A stretch of 64,000 nucleotides of DNA, from assembly GCF_030144855.1 (NCBI RefSeq), contig NC_082721.1:17608001-17672000 (forward strand), given 5' to 3'. This document shows, piece after piece, positions 11,753 to 24,660 of the stretch; position 1 is the stretch's first letter, and the number at the start of each line of letters is the position of its first letter. Under the pieces are notes generated by a model, which saw only the letters and a list, made by a program, of their open reading frames with translations, was not told the origin of the DNA and did no database searches. This DNA is from Hypanus sabinus (lineage: Eukaryota). The translations under genes and the position numbers were made by a program.

Positions 11753-14700
11753 TCACACTGGGGCTATACGGCATTGAGGCGCGTCCCCTGGGTGGTGGAT
11801 GGGGGATCCCTCATGTGAGGGGTGCACCGGATAATATGGAAGAAGGTGCCACGAACCAACATTGCCTAGGAGAAGGAACTCCGATTCCAAACCCGGGTAG
11901 ATAGGACTCGTTAGCCTTGGATGGCAGCCTATCTAGGAGAGGGTAAACTCTGATTTCAAACCCGGGCAGGTGGAGCTCGTGATCCCGACAGAAAACCCCT
12001 GGTCTTCCAGGTTGGGGGTTGTGCAATGGGCTAACAACCCGTTCACGTAAAACAAACAATTGTTACAGGAACCGTCAACAGATTGTCAACCATGAACCCA
12101 GATCTCGGGAAAAGCAGGGCCCCATTCAGGAGGCTGATGACGCGCTGCAATCAAACCCGTCAGGAAGCTGCAGGGCTGACAACCCTCCTTCACCCGAGGA
12201 AAACCATAATGGAGGTTCCAAAGCTGATCTCACAGAAGAAATCTATCCTAATCGGAACACAGAATGTGAGATCGCTTTGGGAGACAGGTAGGTGTGCACA
12301 GGCAGTGAGGGAAATGAATTGATACCACCTCACACTCCTGGGCATGTGCGAAGTAAGGTGGAATACTTTTGGTGAGACCAAACTGCAGACGGGAGAAACT
12401 CTGCTCTACTCCAGCAAAGAAAAAGAGGAAGACCCGCATAAGGCTGGTGTGGCCCTGATGTCCAAAGAAGCAGCCAGAAGTTTGATAGAATGGGAACCAT
12501 TGTCCGACCATATCATCACAGCCAGGTTCGAGTCCAGATTCCAAAAGGTATCCATTATCCTGTGCTACACCCCAACTAACAACGCAGAGGAAGAAGAAAA
12601 AGATCTCTTCTACACCCAGCTTCAAGCAGTGGTTGGAAAGATATGTTGATCGTCATGGGAGATCTGAATGCCAAAGTAGGCAGCGATAACACTGGCAGGG
12701 AGAGAGAGATGGGCCAGAATAGTTTGGGGAATATGAATGAAAATGGAGAACTCCTTACCGACTTCTGTGCCTTCAACGAACTGACCATTGGAGGTACCCT
12801 CTTTCCCCACTGACACTGCCACAAGATAACCTGGGTCTCGCCTGACCATCAAACAGAGAACCAGATTGATCACGTCATAGTCCACCAGCGCTGGAGAAGT
12901 TCATTGCAAGATGTGAGAGCCAGAAGAGGAGCAGATATTGGATCTGACCACCATTTGCTTGTTGCAAAGCTGAAGATGAAGCTGACAGCCAAGAAGCAAC
13001 AGAACACGCGAATAAAGTTTGATGTTAGAAAACTACAGACGGAAGAGAACAAGAAAGATTTCCACATGACCTTGCAAAACCGCTTTGGGGCTCTTCAAAT
13101 AGAGGAACAAGATGAGAGAACAGCGGAACACGCCTGGATTACCTTCAATTTGGTAGCCTGTGAAGAAGTACTGGGAAGACCACCAGTCAACAGTAAACCT
13201 TGGATCAGGGACGAGACATGGCAAAAGGTGGAGGAGAGGAAAAAGCTCAAACAGGAGTTGAATCAGGCCAGAACCCAGCAACAGAAACAAATCACTACCA
13301 ACAGGTACAGCGTGATGGCGAAGGAGGTGAAGAAACAGCTCAGAAAGGACAAGAGGTCATACTTCAATGAAATAGCAGAGCAAGCAGAAACAGCGGCCAG
13401 TAAAGGGGACCTCAAGGCACTCTACACGACAACTAAACTTTTGAGAGGGAAGAAAAGCAATTTCAACAGACCTGTTAGAGACAAGACAGGCCATCTGCTC
13501 ACTTCGGTTGAAGATCAGCTGGCGAGATGGAAAGAACACTACTAGGAAGTATTGAATAGACCACCACCACAGAACCCACCTGACCTGGAGCCTGGAGACC
13601 CACTCAACATCAATATAGGTGAAATCACCAAGCAAGAAATACAAAAAGCCCTGAAAAGCCTGAAGAACGGCAAGGCTGCTGGAGAAGACAACAAAGAGGG
13701 TGGAGAGGTTATGGTGGAGCATTTGCATATACTGCTGAATTTAATATGGAGAACAGGAGAGATCCCATCAGATTGGAAGAAGAGCCTCCTTGTGAAGCTG
13801 CCAAAATCTGGAGATCTTTCATTGTGTGGCAAGTGGAGGGGAATCACCTTGTTGTCCATTCCTAGCAAAGTTCTCACCAAGGTCATCTTGGAGCAGATGA
13901 AAGATGCCATTGACCAGAGACTTAGAGATGAGCAGGCAGGGTTCAGGAAAGAGAGATCATGCATTGACCAGATAGCTACACTTAGAGTCATTGTGGAGCA
14001 GACAATAGAACGTCAAACTCCATTATATGTGTGTTTTATTGATTTTGAGAAGGCATTTGACAGCCTGGACAGAAAGTCAATGTGGAGCATCTTACGACAC
14101 TATGGTGTACCGGAAGAGATGGTGAATATCATCAAGCAGTTTTATGATGGCTTCTCATGCAGGGTCATCCATGATGGGAGACTGTCCGAAGAGTTCCTGG
14201 TCACTACTGGAGACAGACAGGGATGCCTGCTGTTGCCTCTACTTTTTCTTGTGGTATTCAACTGGGCTACAAGAACAGCCTATGCTGGCTCAGAGAGAGG
14301 CATCCAGTGGATGTTAACAGGGAAATTGGAAGACCTGGCATTTGCAGATGATCTCGCTCTTCTCTCACATCAGCTTCAAGATATGCAGAAGAAAGTAGAT
14401 TCCTTGGGAGAGACCTCACAGCGAGTAGGCCTTAAGATCAGTCAGGAGAAGACCAAAGTTCTACGCATTAACAACAAACAAGAGGAGCCATTACAGATTG
14501 AAGGACAAATAGTTGAAGATGTAGACAAATTCACCTACCTCGGAAGCAAAATCAGTAAATCAGGAGGTACAGATGAGAACATCAGAGCAAGGATTGGAAA
14601 AGCCCAACATGCCTTCACAACCCTGCGACCTGTTTGGAGATCTATGGCCATCTCTGTCAAAACTAAGCTCCGTATATTCAGCTCCAAAGTGAAAGCCATC

Positions 14701-15112
14701 CTGCTATATGAATCACTAACACCAGCTGCAACAAGATCCAGACCTTTCTCAACAAATGCCTCCGGCAGATCCTCCACCTCAAGTGGTACGACAGAGTGTC
14801 AAACCTAGACCTATGGAAGAGAGCAAACCAAGAGCCCATTGTATTCCAGATAAGGAGGAGGAAGTGGAGATGGGTCGGCCATGCCTTGAGGAAGAGCCAG
14901 TCAAATGTCACTCGACAATCACTTGAATGGAATCCACAAGGGAAGAGAAGAAGAGGTCGCCCAAAGCAAACCTGGAGGCGTAGGCTTTTGGATGAACTGA
15001 AAGCTGCCGGCCAAACTTGGGAGACTGCAAAAACATCTGCTAGAGATCGCAGGAAGTGTAAGACTTTTGTTGAGGCACTATGTTCCATAAGGAGTGAAAA
15101 GGATTAAAGAAG
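11753..15112 (+). mobile_element. Near full-length RTE-clade non-LTR retrotransposon
   Basis: APE plus RT coding region; ends TAA AGAAG with almost no 3' UTR; TSD AGGGCGTTCAACC (11740-11752) / AGGGCATTCAACC (15113-15125). Confidence 0.93.
12083..15107 (+). pseudogene. Disrupted RTE endonuclease-reverse transcriptase ORF
   Basis: APE motifs GTQNVRSL, GMCEVRW, MGDLNAKVG, NQIDHV, GSDHHLL; RT motifs EQAGFRKERSC, FIDFEKAFDS, QGCLL, FADDLALL, FTYLGS; C-terminal RKWRWVGHALRK..GKRRRGRPKQTW; broken by stops (12320, 12811, 13543) and frameshifts. Confidence 0.92.
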
Positions 15113-15714
15113 AGGGCATTCAACCAGAGTTCAGAAGACAACAATGTGCAAATGTAAAAAGAAGAAATATTAATAATATATAAATAAGCAATAATATTGA
15201 GAACATGAGATGAAGAGTCCTTGAAAGTGAGTCCATTGGTTGTGGGAACTTTTGAGTGATGGAGAGAAGTTATTCTGTTTGGTTCAAGAGCCTGATTTTA
15301 ATAGTAGCCCTACCTTATCACAATCTCATTGGCTCTCCACTCCGCTTTGGAGCACCTGGATAACAGCAAACATGCATCAGGCTACTGTTTATTGATTATA
15401 ATTCAGTGTTCAAAGTAAATATGTCACCAGATACTACTCTAATATTCATTCCTTGCAGGCATTCACAGAGTAGAATATCTAGTAGCTTAGTAAGCTTCCC
15501 CCAAAGTGTTGCTGTGCCAATTCCCTCAGTATTAATCACCAAGCTTCTAAAGCAGGACCTCTGCACCTCCCTCTCCAACTAGATCCTCAGCTTCTTCATC
15601 GCCTTCCTCATTCTGATTCTGGTTTATCTCCCTACTTTCTCTCTCAACTCTCTCTTTCCTCCATTCAGAACATGCACTAGTGCCTCTTCAATTATCCTGC
15701 CTCCTCATTTTTAA

Positions 15715-15865
15715 GATGTAGGAGGAAACTGGAGCACCCAGAGGATACACACATGGTCACAAGGAGACGGTACAAACTCCACATTGACAGCTCTGCAGGA
15801 CAGTATTGAGTTCAGGTCACTGGAGATCTGAAACAGCAGAGCTATTAGCTGTGTTGCTGTGGCAC
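15715..15865 (-). mobile_element. V-SINE-like fragment
   Basis: ggaggaaactggagcacccagagg..acatggtcacaaggagacggtacaaactccac is the antisense V-SINE-type core. Confidence 0.6.
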
Positions 15866-16669
15866 CCTATGACCGGTGAGGTAGGACCCAGAGCTGAAAA
15901 TGTTGTATCAGCTCAGAATACACTTCAATCCTCTGACCATTTTTATTTCTTCTTTTAAAACTGCAAATAAATGGTCCTTTCAAGAGACATTGATGAATTC
16001 AATAAAATTTAATGACCTGTACATTACTGTAGTTCAATCTGTAGTAAATTGGATTTGTGAGTGGGATGTGTGAGCAATAATATCATCTCCACATATTTTA
16101 CAGGGTTGCATTAATAGTAATAGATGACGTGAGGGTGATTTAATACGACAGAGAAACATTACTTCCTTTCCCAATTAAAACTCGAATGGTTCTCTTTCTC
16201 GAAGACAGTTCTGTAATTTTTGGGATGTTGTGTGTTTCTTTGCATAAGGTTAACATAGAAAGGAATCTCGTCTGCTGTCAAGTGTTGAGATTGAAGTGCG
16301 GAGGAGAAAGGATGGATAAAAGCTGAATTAGAGATCTGAACAGTCTGTAACTGAGTGTGTGATGGAAGAAAGGGAAAAACAAAGCGCCACAGGTATTTAA
16401 TAGTGCATCTTTTTAACAAGTGCTCGTTCTCTCTGTGGTAAACCGCACAGTATATTCAAGTTGGATAACTGCTGCTCCCTTGGCTGTATGGAAATTTCAG
16501 AGTGATTTAATAAATTCAATTTCTTTCACGTGCTTGGGTTGATGTTAAAATAATAGAAGCACAGGGAACAGAGTACGCATTGATAATACTGGTTGTTGAT
16601 TTGTATGCTTGGTTCATTTAAGGGCAAGGCAGTAAATGAAACTGCACAAGACAGGCTGTTAAGTACAGA

Positions 16670-17040
16670 CAAAAAAGTCTGCAGCTGCTGGAATCCAAAG
16701 CAACACGCACACAAAATGCTGGAGGAACTCAGCAGGTGAGGCAGCATCTATGGAAATGAACAAACAGTCGACGTTTTGGTCTGAGACCCTTCTTCAGGAC
16801 TGGGACGGAAGGGAGAAGATGCCAGAATAAAATGGGGGGGGGGGAGAAGAGAAAGAGGCTGGCTGGAAGGTGATAGATGAAGCTAGGTGAATGGGAAAGG
16901 TTAAGGGCTGGAGAAGAAAGGAAGGAGAGAGGAGTGGACAATAGGAGAAAGGGAATGAGGAGGGGACCCCAGAGGGAGGTAATCGGCAGGTAAGAAGTAG
17001 TAGAAGTTCAGAGTAGGGAATAGAGGAAGGGGGTGGAGCA
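16670..17040 (-). mobile_element. Penelope-like terminal repeat / 3' region
   Basis: Same terminal hairpin, hammerhead motif and polypyrimidine tract as 7290-7627. Confidence 0.8.
16765..16802 (-). ncRNA. Hammerhead ribozyme motif (G12A variant, probably inactive)
   Basis: CAGUC CUGAAGA A GGGU CUCA GACC AAAAC GUC GACUG; perfect 5-bp stem I. Confidence 0.5.
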
Positions 17041-17239
17041 ATTTAAATGCTGAGCAGATGCCCGAGGAACTGATAGGAAGTGGGTGGAGCTCTCAATTTT
17101 CTCTTGAGTCCCATTGGTGACAATTCATTTCCGTATAATGGGTCAGCTTCTGAAGTGTAGTAGTGCAAAAGTGCTTTTTTTGTGGATTCAAGGAAATATG
17201 AACAGACAATCAGAATACTCCTCACTTATCCTGACTCCA

Positions 17240-18875
17240 GGAGTTTATTTGAAGCCATGTCATGGGGCCACAAAATGTCCAAAGTAAAATAATGAGAGTT
17301 AAAGCAAGCAAATTAATAGCTAGTGGAAGGGTAGGTCCACTAAGAACAAAGAAGGGGATTTATGCACAGAGTTAGAGCAAGTGAGTGAGGTCCTTAATGG
17401 CTACTTTGCATAAATATTTGCCACAGTGAAAGATGTGGATAATGCTGATATTGATATATTGATATTATAGGGCATTTTGATATTAATAAGATGTTCAGCA
17501 TCTTGAAAAATACTAAATTTCAAAGCAAATTTATTAACAAAGTGCATAAATGTCCTGAGATCTTGAGAGGCAGGGTTTATGAGCATTTGGAGAGACAGAA
17601 TCTGATTAACGACAGTCAGCAAGGCTTTGTCAAGGGTAGGCCATGCCTCACGAACCTTATTGAATTCTTTGAGGATGTAACAAAACACATTGATGAAGGT
17701 AGAGCAGTGGATGTAGTGTGTATAGATTTCAGTAAGGTTTTTGATAAGATTCCCTATGCAAGGCTCATTCAGAAAGTAATGAGGCATGAGATCCAAGGTG
17801 ACCTTGCTTTGTGGATCCAGAATTGGCTTGACCACAAAAGACAAAGGATGGTTGTGGATGGTTCATTTTCTGCATGGAGGATGGGACCAATGGTGTTCCA
17901 CAGGGATCTGTTCTGGGACCCCTCCTCTTTGGGATTTTTAAATGACCTGGATGAGGAGGTAGAAGGGTAGGTTAGTAAGTTTTCTGATGATACAAAAGTT
18001 GGGGGTGTTGTGGATAGTCTGGAAGCTTATCAGAGGTTACAGCGGGACATCAATAGGATGCAGAACTTGGCTGAGAAGTGGCAGATGGAGTTCAACTTAG
18101 ATTAGTGTGATGTGGTTCATTTTGGTAAGTCAAATTTGAACACAGAATATAATATTTACGGTAAGACTCTTGGCTGTGTGGAGGATCAGCGGGATCTTGG
18201 GGCCCACGTCCATACAACACTTAAAGATGCTGCGCAGGTTGACATTGTTATTAAGAAGGCATATATATGGTGTGTTGGTATTCATCAACTGTGGGATTGA
18301 GTTTAAGAGCCATGAGGTATATAAGACAGTTGGACCCCTCTTTTGAGGGGTTCAGTTCTGGTCACCTCACTACAGGAAGGATATGGATACTATAGAGATC
18401 TATAAGGAGATTTACAAGGATATTGTCTGGACTGGAGAGCATGCCTTATAAAAATAGGTTGAGTGCACTTGGCCCTTTTCTCCTTGGAGTGACAGAAGAT
18501 GAGAGGAAATAGAGGTATATAAGATGATGAGAGGCATTGATCGTGTGGATAGCCAGGGGCTTTCCCCAGTGCTGAAATGGTTAACATAAGGCGGCATAAT
18601 TTTAAGGTGCTTGAAAGTAGGTACCAAGGGGATGTCAGGGGTAAGATTTTCACACAGAGAGTGGTGGGTGCGTGGAAAGCACTGCCAACGAAAGTGGTGG
18701 AAGCGGATACAACGGGGACTTTTAAGAGACATTTAGATAGGTACGTAAAGCTTAGAAAAACATAGGGCTGTGCGGTAGGGGAATGCTAGGTAGCTTCTTG
18801 AGTAGGTTACACGGTTGGCTAAACGTTGTGGGCCGATGGGCTTGTTACATGCTGTAGGTTTTCTATGTTTCTATG
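17240..18875 (+). mobile_element. CR1-type LINE RT fragment
   Basis: SQQGFVKGRPCLTNLIEFFEDVT..VDVVCIDFSKVFDKIP; FSDDTK; CR1 3' tail near 18870. Confidence 0.9.
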
Positions 18876-18984
18876 TCACCATAGACTAACCAGAGATTCA
18901 TTTTTTGTGGGCATTCACAGTAAATACAAAGAAACACAATAGAACCAATGAACAACCACACACAGTAAGACAGACAAGTCCCCA

Positions 18985-19730
18985 TGGTTAAATCCATGGG
19001 GCCTAATGAGGTTTATCCCAGGATATTGAGAGAAGCAAGGGAAAATATTGCTGGGATCTTGACAGAAATCTTTGCATCCATTTTAGCCACAGGGGAGGTG
19101 CGAGAAGACTGGAAAATAGCATTGTTGCCTTTTTGTTTTTGAGAATGGCATTTGGGTCAAATCAGGAAATTATAGGATGGTGAGCCTACATCAGTAGTAG
19201 GGAAATCAATGGAGTAGATTCTTAGTGGAGATTCTTTCATATTTAGAAAAGTATGGACTCAGTAGGTACAGTCAGCAAGGCCATGCCTAGGCAAAGTCCT
19301 ATCACACAAATTTATTTGCATTTTTTAAGGAAATAATGAAGATGATTGATGAGAATAGGGAAGTAGGTAGTGACTTAAGCATTAGTAAGACATTTGACAA
19401 TGTCCCTCATGGTAGGCTAGTTCAGAAGATTAAGTCACATGAGATCCATGGTGCACTGGATCCAAAACTGGCTTCATCAAAGAAAACATAGGGTTGTGGT
19501 AGAGCAGTGTTTCCTGATTGGTGGTCCATGATCACAGGTGTTCTGCAAGGATCATTAAGTATGCCGATAACATGAAAATTGGTAGAGATGTTGACAGTGA
19601 GGAAAGTTTTCAAAGGGTGTAGCAGGATATCAATCAGTTGGAAATTTTGGCAGAGAAGTTGCAGGTAGAGCTTAATTCAGACAAGTGTGAGATGATGCAG
19701 AAGGTCAAGTGCAGGAATAAAGTAAACAGG
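18985..19730 (+). mobile_element. Heavily decayed CR1 RT fragment
   Basis: DNA similarity to the CR1 copies at 17550 and 53700 (EDWKIA, NYRMVSLTSVVGK, FDNVPHGRL). Confidence 0.7.
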
Positions 19731-19854
19731 ACATGACTGGGCATGCTATGTTGGCATTAGAATGTGTGGCGACACTTGCAGGCTGCCTCCTGCATGTCCT
19801 TGGGCGTGTTGGTTGTAAATGTAAATGACGCATTTCACTGCATGGTTTGATTTC

Positions 19855-20269
19855 CAGTACTGTGCAAAAGTCTTAGGGACCTTAGATTTTTTAATATGCT
19901 TTCAGATGGTAAGGCCGCCACAGAGGCCTGATCTCAACATTACTGCAGCTGTCTGGGATTACCTGGAAAGACAGAAGCAAGTGAGACAGCCTATGTCTGG
20001 AGGAGAACTGTGGCATGTTCTCCAAGATGTTTGGAATAACCTACCTGCCAATTTTCCTGTAAAACTGCACAACAGTGTACCTAAGAGAACTAACGCAGTT
20101 TTAAAGTTTAGTGCTCACACCAAATATCGATTTGATTTAATTTTTACTGTTTACTGCTCTTTATAGTAATTTTTTGATAATTCGAAACTTTTCATTTCAT
20201 TATTTTTGAAAGCAATTTTGCTTTACAGAATTTTATTTTACATGTGCCTAAGACTTTTCCACAGTACTG
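19855..20269 (+). mobile_element. Internally deleted Tc1/mariner transposon
   Basis: 23-bp TIRs CAGTACTGTGCAAAAGTCTTAGG (22/23 match); TA on right flank; transposase C-terminus PPQRPDLNI..VWDYL..PKRTNAVLK..HTKY. Confidence 0.9.
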
Positions 20270-20828
20270 TACACACAATGAATAATGGTGAATCTTGAAC
20301 CCTTAGGAACATTGATGAAGAGAGGGTTCACCAGCTGCAAGCTTATAGTTCTCTAAAAGTGGAGAGAATGTTAAGGCATATAACAAGCCTATCTTAACAT
20401 AATGGTTTTGAATTTTGCTGTTGATCACCCTCGCTGAAGCAATCATTGATGTTGTTTAGAACCATTCTGTTGCTTGTCTTTATGGTCATTCAACAAATTG
20501 TTGGTCAAACCTTGAGAGAGAGGCAGGATGGGGGTCTATGATCTTGCTCTCTGCATATAAGAACCAATCTGGAACCCATATCCATTTTGGGTAAATTGGA
20601 CAGTGGAATGTATCTATGGGTCTTTCCTTCAGCATGAGCTTGGAACATGGGGAGAAGAACCTGAAAAACTGAGTGTGGCATAGCTCAATGTCTAAATAGC
20701 TATTGCTGTTTGAAATATTGCCTAGTAATACAGTATATTTGACAGGTTTTTAAACATGAGCATTCATGTTAGTCTCCATGCAGGTTTAAACAAGTCAACA
20801 AGCAGAAAAGGCACATCATATTCATGTA

Positions 20829-22213
20829 CAACTGGCCAAAATTACTAATTTAAATTTATATCCTGTGCTTAAGCAGTCATTACAAATTTGGTTCCAGTTT
20901 CGTAATTTTTTTAATCTTAAAAAATTTAAACTTTTTAAGTTTAATTTATTGAAATTATTTATTTAAACCTTCATTAAGTGATCCTACTTTACTTCTTTGG
21001 AGGAATAAAGGGGTTTATTCCTTTATGGATTTGTTACAAGATGGCCAACTGATGATTTTTGAGAAATTAGTAACTAAATACTCTCTCTTATATTCACATT
21101 TCCTGCAATATCTTCAGGTCAGACACTTCTTACAAAAATACTTAAGTAATTTTCCATATATACAAGATTCTGACCTGTTAGATATTATTTTAAAAATGAA
21201 TCCTTTAGTGAAGGGGTTTATTGGGAAAATTTATAATATATTGTTACAACTGCACAATTATCCTTCACTTAAGGTTTAGCAAGATTGGGAGAGAAAGCTT
21301 AACATGACCCTGATAACAGAAAATTGGTTGCGGATTTTGAAGTTGGTCAATTCTTCTTCAATTTGTGCCAATCACTCTTTAATTCAATTTAAAACTGTAC
21401 ATTGTTACTATTTGACAAAGGAGAGACTGTCTAAAATGTTTCCTAATGTTGATAGTCAGTGTGACAGATGTAAAACTGAGACAGCCACATTGACACATAT
21501 GTTTTAGTCGTGTTCTGTACTGAAACATTTGTGGAAGTCTATTTCCTCTACAATTTCTAAAGCCTTAAAAATTAATTTACAACCTAATAAATTGACAGCT
21601 TTATTTGGTGTAATCCCTCAATATGTTCATGGTATTTCTCCATCAGACCAACATGTAATTGCATTTGTTACATTATTGGTCAGTGGGCTATTTTGTTGGA
21701 ATGGAAAGGTGCTTCTGCTCCTACTTTGATACGATGGTTCTCTCAGGTGATGCTATGGAGAAAATCAGAAGTCGAACTTTGGATCCTCGATTCGATTTTG
21801 AGAAAAGGTGGTTTTCATTCGCCCGTTACTATCATCTGATTTGAGTTCATTAATATGGTTTCCTTCCGATTGTTCTTTAAGTGGATTTGAGTTGGCGGAT
21901 TGATTTTTTTTTTTGGAAGCTTGTATAATGTATAGCTCCAGGGTTGTGCTCCCAATGTTTGTTTTTTTTTTGTTTTTTTTTCCCAGTTAGGGGTTTTTCT
22001 TTAGTTAGCAGGGGTTCTTTTTTTTCCTTCTTTTTCTTTCAAAAAAAAATATTCTTAACACTTTATTTTTTCTTCTTATTATTGATATATTGCTTAGCTT
22101 TGTTAATTAGTTATATGCTAATTTAATTCTTTATTGTACATAATGACATATTGACTTAATGTATCTTTTTTTGTTAATCTTCAATAATAATTAATAAAAA
22201 AGATTTAAATATA
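20829..22213 (+). mobile_element. L1-clade LINE, 5'-truncated (ORF2 C-terminus and 3' UTR)
   Basis: HFLQYLQVRHFL, SLIQFKTVH, CDRC..TLTHMF-SC zinc knuckle; T-rich UTR and AATAAA; TSD CATATTCATGTA (20817-20828, 22214-22225). Confidence 0.85.
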
Positions 22214-22539
22214 CATATTCATGTAGCTAGGATGTCCAGTATGGTGCAGGAATCCCCTGGAGACCAACAAAATGCAGTTTCATTTGGGCATATGCAGTGA
22301 TCGGGCAGACATAGTAGCAACACCTAGTATTAATTTGGCACCTGTGATGTTTAAACAAGAAAATCAAGGCATATTAGAATGTAAAAACAGTGATGTCCCA
22401 AAGCTTAATCAAGTACCTATGACTGTTGGCAAAGTTTAGAGACGACTGGAGTAATAGCAGGCATCCAACAGTTGAAGAGCATTGTGAGTTAGGGATGCAT
22501 TAGAAGATTACAGCTGCCTCAGGGCATTATAAGATTTGA

Positions 22540-22705
22540 GTAAGTTTTAGGGATGGGGCAAGTCTGCAGATGGAGTTACAAACAAGGGTGGAGATTTAAA
22601 GTTGAGATGTTGCTCAACTAAGAGTCAGTGCAGATTAGAAAGAGCAAAGATGAGTGAGACTAGGCAAGACTTAAGCACAGGCAGTAGATTCTGGAGGAGC
22701 AAGTT
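22540..22705 (-). mobile_element. Old L2-like LINE fragment
   Basis: Antisense reading resembles L2 C-terminal LLQN.A..L...LH.L....FK. Confidence 0.4.
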
Positions 22706-23084
22706 TAGAACAAGCCATACCTTTGAGTTCAGCCTTAATATTCTGCATTGTATCTCAATAAATAAATAACAAATAACAAAATTACTAAATCAATTTGGTC
22801 GGACTTTATGAGTCTTGACAGGAACTTTCTCATGTAGTCAACAGATGAGAATTTGCCCTTTTCTCATATTATACTGACTATAATACAGGCAAATGTTTAC
22901 ATTGGTAAAACCATAAAACAATACTAATCAATGACTAGGCAATATCTGGTCAATACCTGGAAAGTGCTTAATCAATATATGATCCTGTAATCCACCATAT
23001 CTTTTACAGTACTTGATATCATTTGACTGGAATTGATATAATACATATGTCCACTTTTGATATGATTTTAATCTGTAATGGAAA

Positions 23085-24140
23085 TAAAGGGAGCCTTTTC
23101 TGGTTGGCTGCTGGTAACTAGTGGAGTTCCTCGAGGGTCAGTGTTCGGACAGGCTCTTTTTACATTTTACATCAATGATTTGGATAATGCAATTGATGGC
23201 CTTGTTGCAAAGTGCAGGTGATATGAAGATGGGAGGAGGGGCAGGTAGTTTTGTAGAAGTAGAGAGGCTACAGAAAGACTTAGACAGATTAGGATAATGG
23301 GCAAAGAAATGGCAGATGGTAAACAATGTAGGCAAGTCTATGGTCATACACTCTGGTAGAAGAAATGAAAGGGTGACTATTTTCTAAGTGGAGTAAAAAT
23401 ACAAAAAACTGAGGCGCAAAGGCACTTTGAAGTGCTTGTGCAGGAGTCCCTAAAGATTAATTTGCAGGCCAAGTCTGTGGTGAGGAAGGCAAATGCGATA
23501 TTCACATTCATTTCAAGAGTACTAGGATATAAGAGCACGGATGTAATATTGAGACTTTATAAAGTACTGGTAAGGCCTCACTTGGAATATTGTGAACAGT
23601 TTTGGGCCCCTCATCTTAGAAAGGATGTACTGAAACTGGAGAGGGTTCAAAGGAGGTTCACAAAAATGATTCCAGGATTGAATGGCTTGTCATGTGATGA
23701 GTGTTTGATGGCTCTGGGTCTGTATTTGGTAGAATTCAGAAGAATGAGGGGTGACCTTATTGAAACCTATAGAATGGTGAAAGGCCTTGATAGAGTAAAT
23801 GTGGGGAGGATGTTTCCTTTGGTGGGAGAGTCTAGGACCAGAGGACACAGCCTCAGAATAGAGGATCTTCCTTTTACAACGGAGATGAGGAGGAATTTCT
23901 TTAGCTAGAGAGTGATGAATCTGAGGAATTCTTTGCCACAAATAGTTCTGAAGGCCAAGTCTTTTGACATATTTAAAGCAGAGGATGACAGATTCTCGAT
24001 TGGTCTGGACATGAAGGGATATGGGGGTGGAGGGGGGGTAGCAAGAGATTGTAGGAACATGGGATCAGCCATGATGAAATGACAGAGTAGATTCAATGGT
24101 CCAAATAGCCTAATTCTGCTCTTTTATTTTATGGTCTTAT
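23085..24140 (+). mobile_element. CR1-type LINE, 5'-truncated
   Basis: LYKVLVRPHLEYCEQFWAPHLRKDVLKLERVQRRFTKMIPG; tail tttatggtcttatg. Confidence 0.9.
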
Positions 24141-24259
24141 GTAGTTCCTATATATCTGATAAATTAGTATGTTTATGTATATATTAATATGTAGCATTGC
24201 ATGCTTTGAGCTGGCTTTTCCACCATAAAATTATGTAAGTTTTTACCGTGACTCAAACT

Positions 24260-24660
24260 CTGCATTCCCATTCACCTATGGGAACCTGTTTGTCGCGTTC
24301 CAGCAGCTGTTTCCACCTTCACCTTCACCTCCCCTTCCTGGCTCCATCTTCCATTTTTCTTTTGTCTGTTTCCATCTGTCATCCACCCACTTCCATTTCC
24401 CAAGTGCACCCATTCTTTTCCCTTAGCTGGCTCCATCATCCCAACATTCTTTGGCCAGTCACCTACTGGAGCTCATCTCTCCACTCCTATTTGTAGTAGA
24501 TACTCCCCCCCCCTTCACCTTCATCTTGATGCAGGTTTTCAACCCGAAACCTCAACAATTCCTTCCCTTCAGTTCCCAGCACAGATGACCCTGGTGCCAT
24601 TGAATTACTCCAGCAGATTGTTTGTTGCTCTGGGTTCCAGCATTTACAGTCTGTTGTGAT
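24260..24660 (+). mobile_element. Degenerate Penelope-like terminal region
   Basis: Polypyrimidine tract, TTGATGCAGG..CCCGAAAC, terminal hairpin. Confidence 0.55.

Noticed and set aside
11980-12050. HDV-like or twister ribozyme call
   Set aside because: A P1-like stem and GGCUAA are present but no P2 partner or twister core could be fitted; kept only as an unclassified candidate
13552-14808. Functional 418-aa RT gene (retron or defence-type RT)
   Set aside because: It is the central piece of a stop- and frameshift-broken RTE ORF bounded by a TSD
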